Below the pieces are notes generated by a model. It saw only the letters and a list, made by a program, of their open reading frames with translations, was not told the DNA's origin and searched no databases. Below, one piece after another: positions 38,597 to 50,699 of a DNA stretch of 64,000 nucleotides. The DNA is taken from contig CBDBCZ010000018.1 of NCBI GenBank assembly GCA_965203295.1, positions 2,240,001 through 2,304,000 of the forward strand, written 5' to 3'. Both the position numbers and the translations under genes were made by a program. The DNA comes from Nitrospirales bacterium (GTDB taxonomy: Bacteria > Nitrospirota > Nitrospiria > Nitrospirales > UBA8639). Position 1 is the first letter of the stretch. Each line of letters begins with the position of its first letter.

Positions 38597-38626
38597 ATTA
38601 TAGTAGTAGCGTACTCATATGCTCTA

Positions 38627-41600
38627 TGATTTGCGACCTAACAGTTTGTTAGCTGACTGTTTGTCAGTGCTGACGTCAGAGAACTTTACGGGACATAATA
38701 ATTTTCACCCATGCTCGTTCGCTGACTGTTTCTCAGTGCTGACGTCAGAGAACTTCACACGACATTATAAATACATGCATATAATGGCACACGCACGTTT
38801 CGGAGTAAGCTGCACATGTGCACATATGCTGTATTGTGTGTGTGTGTGGGGGGGGGTCTCTATTTTCCTGACAAGGAAGAATTTTTCTGACAGATGACTG
38901 TAAGTACTATATGCACACATTGTGTGTACATGTATGTGTAATGTATTGTGTGTATGTGTAGTGTATTGTGTGTGTGCCATGTGTGCTGGTGGGGGGGGGT
39001 CTCTATTTTCCTGACAAGCCTGAAATTTCCTGACAGATGACTGCTACAGTACATATGCATAATATTATGTGTATAATAGTGTGCATGTGTGTGGGGGGGG
39101 GGGGTCTATTTTCCTGACAACTGTACATTTTCCTGACACAACTGCATACCATGACCATATATGTATAAATTTAGTGGGGGTGCATTTTTGAATGGCTTCC
39201 TGGCACAACTGGATACATCATGTATGGCTACATGTGTGCATGTAGCAGTAATATTTAATATATTGCAGGGGGGCTAACAACAAAGATTGTTCTCACAAGC
39301 CTAAACATCAACACTAAACATCAACAAAATGCATACAAGATTATAACAGTCACAAAATTAATGTATAAACACACACATAAAATAATAGCTATACTTTCTG
39401 CATGTCGTACTATTTTTTTACCTTTGGCAGAATAGGTTTTTTGCCATGCAGATAACACTTTGCAGTATAACTGTTCCGCCTCCTAATCATCCTATGTAAA
39501 TAAAACAGGTGGTGTGTCTTAGTCATTGCACATACGTTATGTTTAAATCGTGCAAGCCAAACAAAAGTCTGTTCCCCAGCTTGTGTGTTGAAGTTCGGAT
39601 GTCTGTCTTTTAGTGATTGTGGAGAGTAATCAATCTGGCACTGCTGAATGTGGTTTCTAAGGTGAAATGAATCAATTACTTTATTAATGTGAAGCCACAT
39701 ACGATCGAATGGCGGTGCTAAGGGAAGGGGTGTGCGGGAAATAATAAGACGGCAAATGTTGCAAATGTTGTCATATGCTAGATACATAGCACTGGGCTTG
39801 AGTGTCGAATCAGATTGAAGGACAGCCATCAGCCATGTCAATAGGATAAAAAAAACTTGGGTTGGAGATTCAGATCTGTAAACAACAACAGCAGCACTAA
39901 TGACATGTGAACAAATTTAAAGTTAAGGTATAGTACTATTTACTTGAAAAGAGGTTGCCAAGCCTCTATATGACCACCAGCACGTACGATGAACTGGTGA
40001 CCTCTTGACCAACGACGAAGCCGTTTGCTTCCACCAGTATTCTTGGTGCATGTAGGATTATCAGCAGGTGAGTTCACATCAGGGAGAAGTTCTGGGTGTT
40101 GGCTGAGAAGCTGTGCTGTACCTGCATGCAATTTGTAAAATGTATATAGTCTAATAATATTATATGTAGCAATACACAATGGGTATATACACCTAATTAG
40201 CTATGTCTGTTATCCGCAAACCTTGTGATATAGCAGCTGACTGTCCTACACTAGTAGCAGTAGCATCAAGGACCGCTTGAATCTGATCATCGTTTTCCTT
40301 GCTTATGTCTTCTGGGATGGGTTGGGCAACATCTGCAGGGCAAGTGAAGATACATGTATATAACCACAAAAAGTTATAACTGAGATATTTAATTACCTTT
40401 AAGTACTCCACAATGCTTAAGAAAATCCCGTACGCCAGTGGGTATTGGTGGAGACTGCTGTTGCAGTAGGTGGCAATGCTGCATGCAGAATGCCTGGCCA
40501 GGCAATGGTTGGTTTGTACATACATCTGGCAATGAAAGGCCTGGAATCTCCTTCACTTGATACTATTATGGTATACAGCAAAACAATCACTATTAATTTT
40601 ATGATGTGCATGAAACGTTGGGATAATAGCTATACCTTCACTTTGTGCATGCAGTGTGGGAAAGAAAGTTTCCAGATACCATCTGTTACCCACAGTGAGC
40701 CACATCCTACAATGGATAGGAATAAAATGCAGGCTATCCTCAGCGTCCATATATAATGGTATATATTACTGCAAGAATGTTTAGTTAAGCAACCAATGGA
40801 GTGGTTAGCCCAGTTGCTTGTAGTTAACACATTATACAAAAATGATTTATCGTGCCCTGACTATACTCTGTAATGTGGCTTCCACTCTACAGTTGACAAT
40901 TCTTCGTCTATATCATGCATACCTCGGTCACGGCATTCTTGCGTACAATTCTCTGGTGGGTGACAATAGAATGTTTGGGCTCTCATGCTTTCTATGTGCT
41001 GCATGAATGCTTCTCTGTCTGAATCTTCTTTGTAAGCAAAGTCTTGCAGTTTAAGGGCTGGATTCTCTTTAATGATGAGTCGGATCTCGCTCTCAATTTC
41101 ACCATTGTAAAAAGCCTCAGCAGCCAGATGAGGTGTGAGCTCTGTAACAGATTTGCATAATCCACATTAAAATTTATCCCATGGACTACACAGTGATGAC
41201 CCGCCATGCCGGCATACTGGTAAAAACCAAAACAGACATGACTATAATTCCTGTTTAACACTATGACTTATGGAATGTACACTATTCCTTGACTCTGATC
41301 ATGTGCCGTCTATGTTCATTGTCACCTAATAACCTTTGTAATTAGCAGTTACGTTGCAATTTGACCCAGACTTTCATTACAGTAGCACACTGGGTGTTTA
41401 TGGAGCTGTTTTACGGTCTAGTTTATTTTGTAAAGCCGTCCACTACAACACAATATGAAACTGAACCTACTAAAATACAACAAAAGTTCAAGTCATTGAT
41501 ACTGCAAAGCCCTGTTGCAATGTATCCCAAACTTTCATTTAACACAGTGTATTTGGTAGCTAGCTATATTACTATCAACAGTAACTGTTGCACTAACAGG

Positions 41601-42801
41601 CTGGACAGAAATATGCATGACATAATATATCGTACAGATAGCATGGCATGAGAGTACTAATGCTGAAGTTTATCAAACGTAGAATGAAAAGCATGCATGA
41701 ACACAAATCATAGATAATATATACTTACGGAAATATATATTATCTATGCACAAATAAACATAAACTGAATATCATACCATTTTCCTTGGAAAGGGAAAAA
41801 GTGTCATTGATGCTCTCGGCGAAGCCTTGAAAAGAGACCCAGGCATGATTCCTGCAATTGAGTGCATGGAGGCATTCAATGCAAAGATATACTGTCCAAT
41901 CCCCAACCACCTTTATATTATAAGAGACCTTGCAATGGTTCACCTTGGCCAACCTCCTCTGACCTGTACATGTATGTGTCAGGAAACTATAGAGACCACC
42001 CCCTACTCTCTCCCATACACACGCAATACAGTGCACACATACATCTTCTGTCAGGAAAATGCTTCCTTGTCAGGAAAATAGAGACCCCCCCCACACCACA
42101 CACACACACACACACACACAATACACTACACATACACACAATGTGTGCATAATATAACTTAGTCATCTGTCAGGAAAATGCTTCCTTGTCAGGAAAATAG
42201 AGACCCCCCCCCCCCCCCCCCCCCCACACACCACACACACACATACAATACACTACACATACACACCATGTGTGCATAATATACATCTGTCAGGAAAATG
42301 CTTCCTTGTCAGGAAAATAGAGTGTCAGGAAAATGGTTCCTTGTCAGGAAAATAGATAGCCCCCCCCCCCCCCCCACACACACACAGTCACACACAATAC
42401 ACTACACCTACACAGTCATACACATAATGTGTGCATTTAGTACTACAGCCATCTGTCAGAAAATGCTTTCTTGTCAATTCGTGTTCACCAGTGTACTGTT
42501 CATGGTGGTGGAGCTGGGAATAGCACCATTTTTCTGTTAATCGGAGGAGGAGTAGTTATGTCATGGGGCATCAGCTATTCTTCTGTTGATCGGTTGGTCA
42601 CTAATCCCAGGGTAATAGCAGTCGTCACTCCTTCGTGGCTCCAAACTTATAGAGGTAGCTAGATATACGACGAACTTTCAATGACATCAGACCTGATCAG
42701 CACAAATGATGCTGTAACTCCATGCACACGCGCGCATGTATGGATTTACTGACGTCAGTACTGACGTCCAGATACCTTGCAGGATCAGTGGTCGCAAATC
42801 A
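38627..42801 (-). mobile_element. Putative KDZ DNA transposon bounded by inverted TGATTTGCGACC / GGTCGCAAATCA, with mirrored subterminal arrays
   Basis: Perfect 12-bp inverted repeat at 38627-38638 and 42790-42801, CTGACGTCAG boxes near both ends, TTTTCCTGACA arrays at ~38860-39140 and TGTCAGGAAAA arrays at ~41975-42475. No TSD recognised. Confidence 0.6.
39410..41851 (-). CDS. Intron-containing KDZ (Kyakuja-Dileera-Zisupton)-type transposase; exons 41778-41851, 40923-41141, 40636-40706, 40397-40562, 40222-40332, 39944-40121, 39410-39875; 5' end not identified
   Basis: Seven GT-AG exons splice into an uninterrupted ~427-codon frame: VSFQGFAESIN; H..C...C...GCGSLWVTDGIWK...HC; CTNQP.PGQAFCMQH (CxC6-like); CTKNTG...RGHQFIVRAGGHIEAWQPLFKSESPTQVF; YLAYDNIC; IDSFHLRNH...C; NFNTQAGEQTFVWL. 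Confidence 0.8.
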
Positions 42802-43467
42802 ATGGTTATATCGAGCGTACTAGCCAATCAAATCGCTAGAAATGAGGTCAATAATGTAGGTTAAAGCACGCGCGTGCACGTGCACGAACGCGTGCCTAGC
42901 AACCTCGGTGGCGTAGCAACGCGTATAAAATCGTTCAGCCGTTGCCATGCTCACAGTCGCTTCAATATTCAGCATGGAGAGGAGTACGCTAATGCGAGTG
43001 GAGGTAGTGGACGGCACAGAAGAGCTCGAATTGACTAAACGGCGTTTGCGTTGTGCTAAAGAGTGAATTTACATCGCTGAAGCTGTTGCCTTGCGCCAGT
43101 CAAGGCCAACGCGTTCGGCCCGCAGCGTTGGCAGCGACTCCAGGGACGTTCCAAGAGCGCTACAAAACCCAGAGACTCTTTAATCAGCACCTTCACTCGA
43201 GTGGCTCACCCTCTGAACACGCATCTTGCAAGACATGTACAGCTATCGCCGAACTAGCTCTCAAGACTGCTACCTTCGAACACTGTAGCCTTGCGTAGCC
43301 AGCCCATATCATGCAAGGCTCCTAATGAACACTGTAGCAGTATTATTACTATTTCTGTGTACATGCATTGCTTGTTGTAGTGTTGTATTGCTAATTTTTT
43401 TACAAAATACAGGAGCGAACTATAATCTAAGTCAGTTAGTGCACCCAAATACTCGGGCTCAACCTCC

Positions 43468-43861
43468 ATTATTGACCTCGGAAAGTAATTTTCCCTCGGA
43501 AGGTCTCGGGCAAAGCCCTCGACCTTCCTCGGGGAAAATTACTTTCCTCGGTCAATAAGTATAGGATAGACCACGTCACAGCGGAGGATATGCGCCTATA
43601 TATCCTCCGCGGATGCGGTTTTACCCGAGGCGCAGCCGAGGGATAAAACCGTATCCAAGGAGGATATTTTGGGCGCATATCCTCCGCTGGGGCGTGGTCT
43701 ATCTGACTTATCCCACTACTGCGCATGTGCGTAACTATCGTGAAGTAGCCGGAGGTTATGTTACTAATACGTAACTAAGGCAGTACAGAACTGTAGGATA
43801 TGCGCCTATCCTCCTGCTCTCATCCAATAAAATGTATTAGAGATGATGTAATGTGGGATAA
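43468..43861. mobile_element. Adjacent palindromic elements: 43468-43557 foldback and 43560-43861 copy of the 6019-6325 family
   Basis: TTATTGACCTCGGAAAGTAATTTTCCC...GGGAAAATTACTTTCCTCGGTCAATAA. A diverged relative starts at 43863, is split by the hAT element and resumes at 46759-46922. Confidence 0.75.
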
Positions 43862-43980
43862 GTATAGGATAGACTACACCAAAGAGTGGGTTATGCGCCT
43901 ATGTAACCCACGAGTTTGTGGTTATCCCGAGGCGAAGCCGAGGGATAAATGTAAACAAGTGGGTTATAGCGCATAACACA

Positions 43981-46758
43981 CAGGGCCGGCGCAAGCGGTA
44001 GGGCCGGTAGGGCTTTGGCCCTACCACTTTTTCGGCAGACGCGTAAAAAAAAGTAGCCCCGCCCTATCAGATTTGATACGCGAGGCTAGCTACACGTGTA
44101 GCGAATCATCGTTCATCATGGCCAGCTGCTCACGATTTACTAATCCATTGCCAGAGCTCCCCTGTTCCCCCCACCAGCCCTCGGATTTTACTTTTCCGAA
44201 GCGTTCTTTCGGCAAGACGGCGATCGTATGGAGGTCTTTCCAGCCCTCGTGGTTTAAACAATGGCCGTTTTTACACTATGACGAGGCAAACGATGTCGCT
44301 TACTGTCACACCTGCGCTACCGGCTTCAAGCAGGGAAAGATGAGGGCCTCTAACGCTGATCCAGCATTTGTAAGTGTATGTAAATAATTCTAGACTGGAG
44401 AAATATCCATGCTACTCTACAATAATGAGCAATTAATAATTAATAAGCCTTAATATAGAGCACCTATGGTCTACGATATAGGTGTCGAAGGGATTCTGCA
44501 ATTGGAAGAATGCAACAACCCTCATACAAAAACATCAGCAGAGTTCCTGCCACCGCGAGGCTGTAGAAGTTGTGATTACGCTGCCAGCAACAACCAAGGA
44601 TGTTGGTGAACAGCTTGTGCAGCAGCATGCCAAAGAAAAGGAATGTAATCGGAAAATGTTGCTGAAGATTTTGTCTAGTATTAGATATCTGGCTCGACAA
44701 GGATTGGCCCTCCGAGGTGACGGAGATGAAGATGATGGAAACTTTCTCCAGCTTCTGAAGTTGAAGGGAGAAGATGATCCAGCAATGCTTGAGTGGCTGA
44801 AACGAAAAGTCAACAAGTATACCTCACATGAGATTCAAAACGACATCATTAAGGTGATGGCCATGCATGTGCTCAGGAATGTTGCAATCTGTTTGCAGCA
44901 ATCTCCATTCCTTACGTTAATGATGGATGAAACCACAGATATTTCCAACAATGAGCAGACAACTGTCGTTGTTCGATGGGTATCTGAGCACCTTGAAGTT
45001 CATGAGGAATTCCTTGGGTTATACCATGTGCCCTCCATCGATGCTGTCACACTGACTGCAGTTGCCAAGGATACTCTGGTTAGGATGAATCTATCCATGT
45101 CTAAGCTACGTGGGCAGTGTTATAATGGGGCCAGCACAATGAGAGGAGCCAGGTCTGGTGTAGCTAAGAGAATCCTTGATGAGGAGCCAAGGGCAGTTTA
45201 CACCCACTGCTACGGGCACTCAATTAATCTTGCAGCCAGTGATGCAGTCAAGCAGACAAAGCTTATGAGGGATGCACTAGACACGACCCATGAGATTACC
45301 AAGTTGATCAAATATTCCCCTCGACGTGAAGCAGTCTTTCGAGAGTTGAAACAAGGGAACGAGATGTCTACTGGAAGCCACTCACCAGGAATACGAGTGC
45401 TATGCCCTACAAGATGGACTGTTCGAGCTGATTCACTAGCCAGCATTGTAAACAACTACGACCTGCTACAGAGGACCTGGGAGGAAGCTCTTGAAATAGC
45501 AAGAGATACTGAGACGAAGGCTAGGATAAATGGGGTGGCCGCCCAGATGAAAGCCTTTGATTTTCTGTTTGGCACCATTCTTGGTGAGATGCTACTGCGC
45601 CACACAGATAACCTGAGCCAAACACTACAGAAGAAAACTATCTCAGCTGCTGAAGGTCAACAGGTGGGGAGAATGGTCGTTGACACCCTTTGTTCCCTCC
45701 GAACCGAGGAATCATACAACTTATTCTGGGAAAAAGCGGCTACAGTTGCAAAGACTGTTGATGTTGGAGAGCCACAGGTACCACGCCAACGCAAGATGCC
45801 AAAGCGCTATGATGATGGCTTGGCAACTGGCACTTTTCATGATTCTCCAAAGCTGTATTATCGCCAGCTATACTATGAGGCAATCGACAACATCATCAAT
45901 GGTTTGAAGAATCGCTTTGAACAGCCTGGGTATAAGGTGTACTGCAACTTAGAGCAGCTTTTGACAAAGGCATGCCAGGGAAAAGACTTTGAAGAGGAGT
46001 TTCAATTCATTTGCTCCTTTTATAAGGATGATTTTCTGCCAGAACTTCTCCGTGCCCAGCTAATCACCTTAGGTGTCGACTTTGAACGTGCTTACAAGGA
46101 AGCACACGGCGCTCAGCATTCAACAACCGAAATTACCATCTTTGATGTTAGAGATTACTTCCAGTCTTTGTCTGTTGGGCAGCGAGACCTTCTTCATCAA
46201 GCTTGCAGAGTTCTACAACTAGTACTAGTGATGCCAGCTACTAATGCAACTTCCGAACGTTCATTCAGTGCACTTCGTAGGGTTAAAGGTTATCTAAGAA
46301 GCACAATGACTCAGCAGAGGTTAAACAATCTGATGGTGTTGCACGTTCATAAGGAGCGTACAGACTCTCTAAATGCAGTCGCTATTGCTAATGAACTTGT
46401 TGGAGACTCAGAGCATAGACTAAGAATGTTTGGCAAATTTCAGTGATATAGCTAACTGTCCTACAGTGTGTATATTGCTTTCAAAGTAGCTAGCTAGTTT
46501 TTAAGTTTTTGTATTGTACTCCTCCTATATCATACATGTACTATTGAGTAGTTTTCAACAAAAGAACGTTGACTGAGTCTGGTTCTAGTTTTGGGCCCAG
46601 AATGGCTGAGAAGTGGTCTCAGAACATAGAATTTTACAAAAATTTCCTGGGGGGGCATGCCCCCAGACCCCCCTAGCATCTGCGTGCTTACGCACGGTTT
46701 TAGTTCAGCTGGGCCAATGCTTGGCCCTACCACTCACTTCTACCTTGCTCCGGGCCTG
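43981..46758 (+). mobile_element. Full-length hAT transposon with 15-bp TIRs and a 5-bp TSD (ACACA)
   Basis: TIRs CAGGGCCGGCGCAAG and CTTGCTCCGGGCCTG (13/15 match), subterminal TTGGCCCTACCACT near both ends, ACACA at 43976-43980 and 46759-46763. Confidence 0.9.
44118..46446 (+). CDS. hAT transposase (ZMYM1/P52rIPK-like; TTF zinc finger, DUF4371-type region, hAT C-terminal domain), 2 exons 44118-44369 and 44482-46446, 738 aa
   Basis: GT-AG intron 44370-44481 joins ADPAF|VSKGFCNWK. Motifs RSFQPSWF..WPFLHY, YLARQGLALRG, MDETTD, GQCYNGAS, HCYGH, PTRWTVR, ATSERSFSALRRVK.YLRSTM.Q.RL. Confidence 0.92.
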
Positions 46759-46961
46759 ACACACGAGTGGGTGTGGTCTATCTGACTTATACCACGTTGC
46801 GCATGCGTACAATCTTCGCTGCGTAGCAACGTAGCGAACTGATAAAAGTGTGGGTTATGAAACTATGTAACCCATACTTATTAGCCAATCATTTTTATTG
46901 TAGATGATGTAATGTGGTATAATGTCGGTTAGAGCCCTCGTCGGGGTGCACTAACTATTAC

Positions 46962-47191
46962 TTAGAACTCAGAACGTTTACGCCGGAGGGCCTTAACCTT
47001 GACGACTAATGCCAGAGACGCTATGTTTTGCTTTTTTTTGAATTATGTTTTAGTTTGTACCTGAAGAAGGTCTAGATTAGACCGAAACGTCGTACTGTGT
47101 ACTATTATTGATGTTAATTGTTGACTTGGTAATGATGAAGATTGATCCGGAGAACCGCGATTAGCACTCCTCCACGAATTGTACATATCAG
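46962..47191 (+). mobile_element. Inverted pseudo-LTR of the Penelope element, second part
   Basis: Reads LELRTFTPEGLNLDD* (stop 47007-47009), completing the endonuclease. 47152-47191 is the reverse complement of 38435-38474, the start of the element body. Confidence 0.85.
47057..47095 (+). ncRNA. Minimal type I hammerhead ribozyme in the Penelope pseudo-LTR
   Basis: GTAC-CTGAAGA-A-GGTCTA GAT TAGACC-GAAAC-GTC-GTAC: helix I GTAC/GTAC, CUGANGA core, helix II, GAAA, vestigial helix III and a GUC cleavage triplet (47089-47091). Confidence 0.85.
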
Positions 47192-47820
47192 TGTTTATCT
47201 GTTAGTTAGTCTTGAGTTTTTGTCTTTAAGCAACGTTTCTTGACTGTATTAGAATCTGTTTGCTAGTAGCTTTTGAGAGATTATTTAGGCTATGATTCAC
47301 AACTGTATTAGTGTCTGTTAGTTTAAAAGTTTATGGTTTAGGCCATGTTTCTCGATTGTATTAGTAGTTTGCAGTAAGGCGCAGAAGATGGTAGTGTGCT
47401 GTAGCTCGCAGTAGGATCCCGTAGGGTGCCGTAGGGGGCTGTAGAGTGTAAAAGGTTACAGTATGTTACAATAGGTCGCAGTATATAGGGTTAAATCATC
47501 ACTAAATCCGACAGTAACATCTAAAAAAATATAGTGATAGTGAAAGCGGTTTCTATTCTCCACATTCCAGCTATTTTTTATTCAACATGGTAAGGTTTGC
47601 CATTTTCATATGGTCAAGACCTCGAATATGACAGAGGATGGGTATACGCGGTCTCAGGACACGTGTTTACACTGGAGTGTAGGTACAGAAGAGTTCGTGT
47701 AATTATGCAGCCGTCAGTCATGCCCATCAATGATGCCCACAGCGGCAATTATACACAATGCAAACTCTCCAAGAAATGATAAGCTTTCTAAGAGAGTATC
47801 GAAATTCCGGGGGGAAAAAC

Positions 47821-47896
47821 GGGACCCAGCTGGCGATTGAACCCAGGGCCTTCTGAGTACTAATCACATGCTCTTACCACTGAACTACTGGAGCCC
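47821..47896 (-). tRNA. tRNA-derived SINE head or tRNA pseudogene (Thr-like, AGT at the anticodon position)
   Basis: GGGCTCCAGTAGTTCAGTGGTAAGAGCATGTGATTAGTACTCAGAAGGCCCTGGGTTCAATCGCCAGCTGGGTCCC: A-box and B-box present, but the stems are imperfect, so not a functional tRNA. Confidence 0.65.
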
Positions 47897-50699
47897 CTTA
47901 GCAGAGGAGCGGTAGGCAAGTTTCATATAGTCACTAAACCTGCTAGTAGCACTTACCAGCAGGACCCAGCAATTCCAACGGTAATTACTCTCTCATTAGG
48001 CCTCTCCCCTCATCTCCTAAACACAATAAATGTGCTACACCTTTCTCACTTTATAGAACCAGCTGCTCCACCAGGCCAAGCAAGTCTAGAGCCCAAGGCT
48101 TCTATTTTTTTTTAAATGTAGCACAGGGTATGTCTCTGCTACAGTCTTCTAGTTCACTAGGCTGTAGTAGAACACTTGATGCTACACTTTTTACTATATC
48201 TTTCCAATCAAAAAACATTGCCTTCTCTAATCTCTTCCTCACTGCATCATTTTTTAATCACCCACTTTTTGTTTTCACAGTCCAGCCCAATTTCATTCAT
48301 ACTAAACAACAGTATCATTGAAATTAAAAACAATTGACATGTGTGCACCTGATAGTGACCAAAGTGTTTTCTATTCCCCACATAACCTCTTCAACACGGT
48401 ACGGTTCACGATTTTTAATACAGTTAAGAACTCGAATACAACAGAGGGCAGACATACAAAGTCTCAAGAGACGAGGTTCATACTGCAGTGTATGTAGAGA
48501 AGTGTTTGTGTTATCAATCCGGCAATTGGTCACAAACACAGTTTGAATGCGACAAAACAAGCTGTGCAAGTGATGGATGGAGTCCAAAAGTATATCTTCA
48601 GTTCAATCCCTCACAGACTCAGCTAATTCATTTTTCTTGGACTCCATCCACCACTTGCACAGCTTGTTTTGTCTTATGTGATCAACAGTTTTCTTCCTTG
48701 ACACAGTCACCCATCTGGGTCATCTTCTTCCTTACAATCTGAGTGATGCTCCAGATGTTTATCATGGGCTATAATTATGACATGGATAAGAAGGATCTTT
48801 TCCTAAAGTTGGGCCCACTATACTGGCATGCACATTTATATCTGATTTACTGTCTTTGTCTTTATGGTCGGCTCTTTGGCTACTATCCTGTTCTGCTCTT
48901 TACCACATTCCAAAACTTAATAGCCTGTATGATGTCGTGTATCATCGGTCTATTGTGTGCAGCTGTGAAATGTCATATGCTTGTGTATTTCAATCTTCTG
49001 TAAATCTGCCTCCTCCTGTTTTTCATTTAGTGGCTACAACTCTTTGTATAGTTCCTGTCGCTTTGAGTGTTACAATACTCATGTACCATATGTGTGCTTC
49101 GCTGCTGTGCATGGTCACCTTGAAGATTTTAAAGGTATAATTGGAATGTGACTGAGTTTTGTTTTGTGTAGTATTGTTCTCATTTCTATTTACTTACACT
49201 TACTTTACTACACCTGTATTGGCGTGTGTTGTATATATTATACTCATGTCGCTGCCGTAGCGCTTGCACTGTTGTCCATGCACCCAAATCAAAGTTATAC
49301 CTGTCCCGATTAATTAAGAACACTCATTAGGCTGCGCAAGTGGTGCAAGTTCAAACTATCACAGTTAAAATCGACATTACAATCTCCCGCAATGAGAAAG
49401 TGGTCATAATTGTGATGATTATGTTTCTTATCTCTATAGACTCAGAGTACATTAGCAGTTCTTCATTACCATTACTGATCCAGCCAGGAGATACTGAGAA
49501 GGAATACTTATTTGAAATCAAAAAGGTATGCCACTGAAGTCAACATTACATTTTATTTTACTTGCTCATTTGTTGTACATATGATCCGTCATCTCCGATG
49601 CTCTATGTTGTTGAAAGTGCTGCCTGTGGGACACACGTCATGTACATACATGTATCATGGAGTAAGGAAGTATAGTAATTCATATAAAGGGAAGGCTCGG
49701 GGAGAAAATTGCCGCTACATGCAAAATCTTAATATATGTTCAAAATACTGCTCTAGATGTAATCATAAGCCATGCAGTCATTTCTTTAGGCCTAGTTTTT
49801 ATCAGCAGTGGGACTGGTAGCATTGCTAAGAGACCATTGCTGGAGTACCACATTGGCAAGTTGCTATCTATCTTATTTCTTCGCAGAATAATGGCTGATG
49901 AGATTACAATGATTCAGGCACAAAGAAACAGCGTTTTCACTGGGGTATTCCACTTGTACCGTAATGTTTCTAAGATTTCATCAGCAGTGATTCACTATCA
50001 CCCTCAAGTGGACACTTGCCATTTCATGTCATTTTAAGATGAGGATTGCACACATGCAAACTGCCTCCACCACAGTTTTGTATATAAGGAAACAAAGATC
50101 ATTCTGCCTACTCACATCTTCTAGTGTACGTATGTCTCTATAAGTCAGTTATGCAAACTGTACCTTAGATTGCAAACTGTCCATATTCCTTGGCACACAA
50201 AGTCCAAAACAACCATAGGCGCTGGTGTCACAGGGAAAGGAGATTCCCCAGTCAGTCATCTCTAAGTACCCCATATTGGTCTTAGTATGATGAGTCATAC
50301 TGGAGGGGGTGCACACTTTTTTACCCCTGTGACTCTAGACTAGGTCAATGCAGGGCATTTTAGGGTGAGCAAGTGCAAGTGTATGTGCTCAAATGACAGT
50401 TTGAGGAGTCTGTCTTCCAACTACCCTCTCTCTGCTTTGAAGTCTCATGAGATTGTCTCTCCCAGTATCTGTGTAGGTTATATGATGAGGGGATGTAGCT
50501 GCATGATTTATACACTGAGTGCCAGATGCACACGTATTCCTGATAGGTATTTGTTGATTTGTGGTTCAAAGGTTATGCATGCTATTGAGGGAGGGTATAT
50601 ATACAACACAACACAGTCTACATACTCTAAATCACCTCTCTGATGCTGATGTGAAGACAATGCAATGTGGTGTTTGTCACTATCTCCCATTTGTACGTA

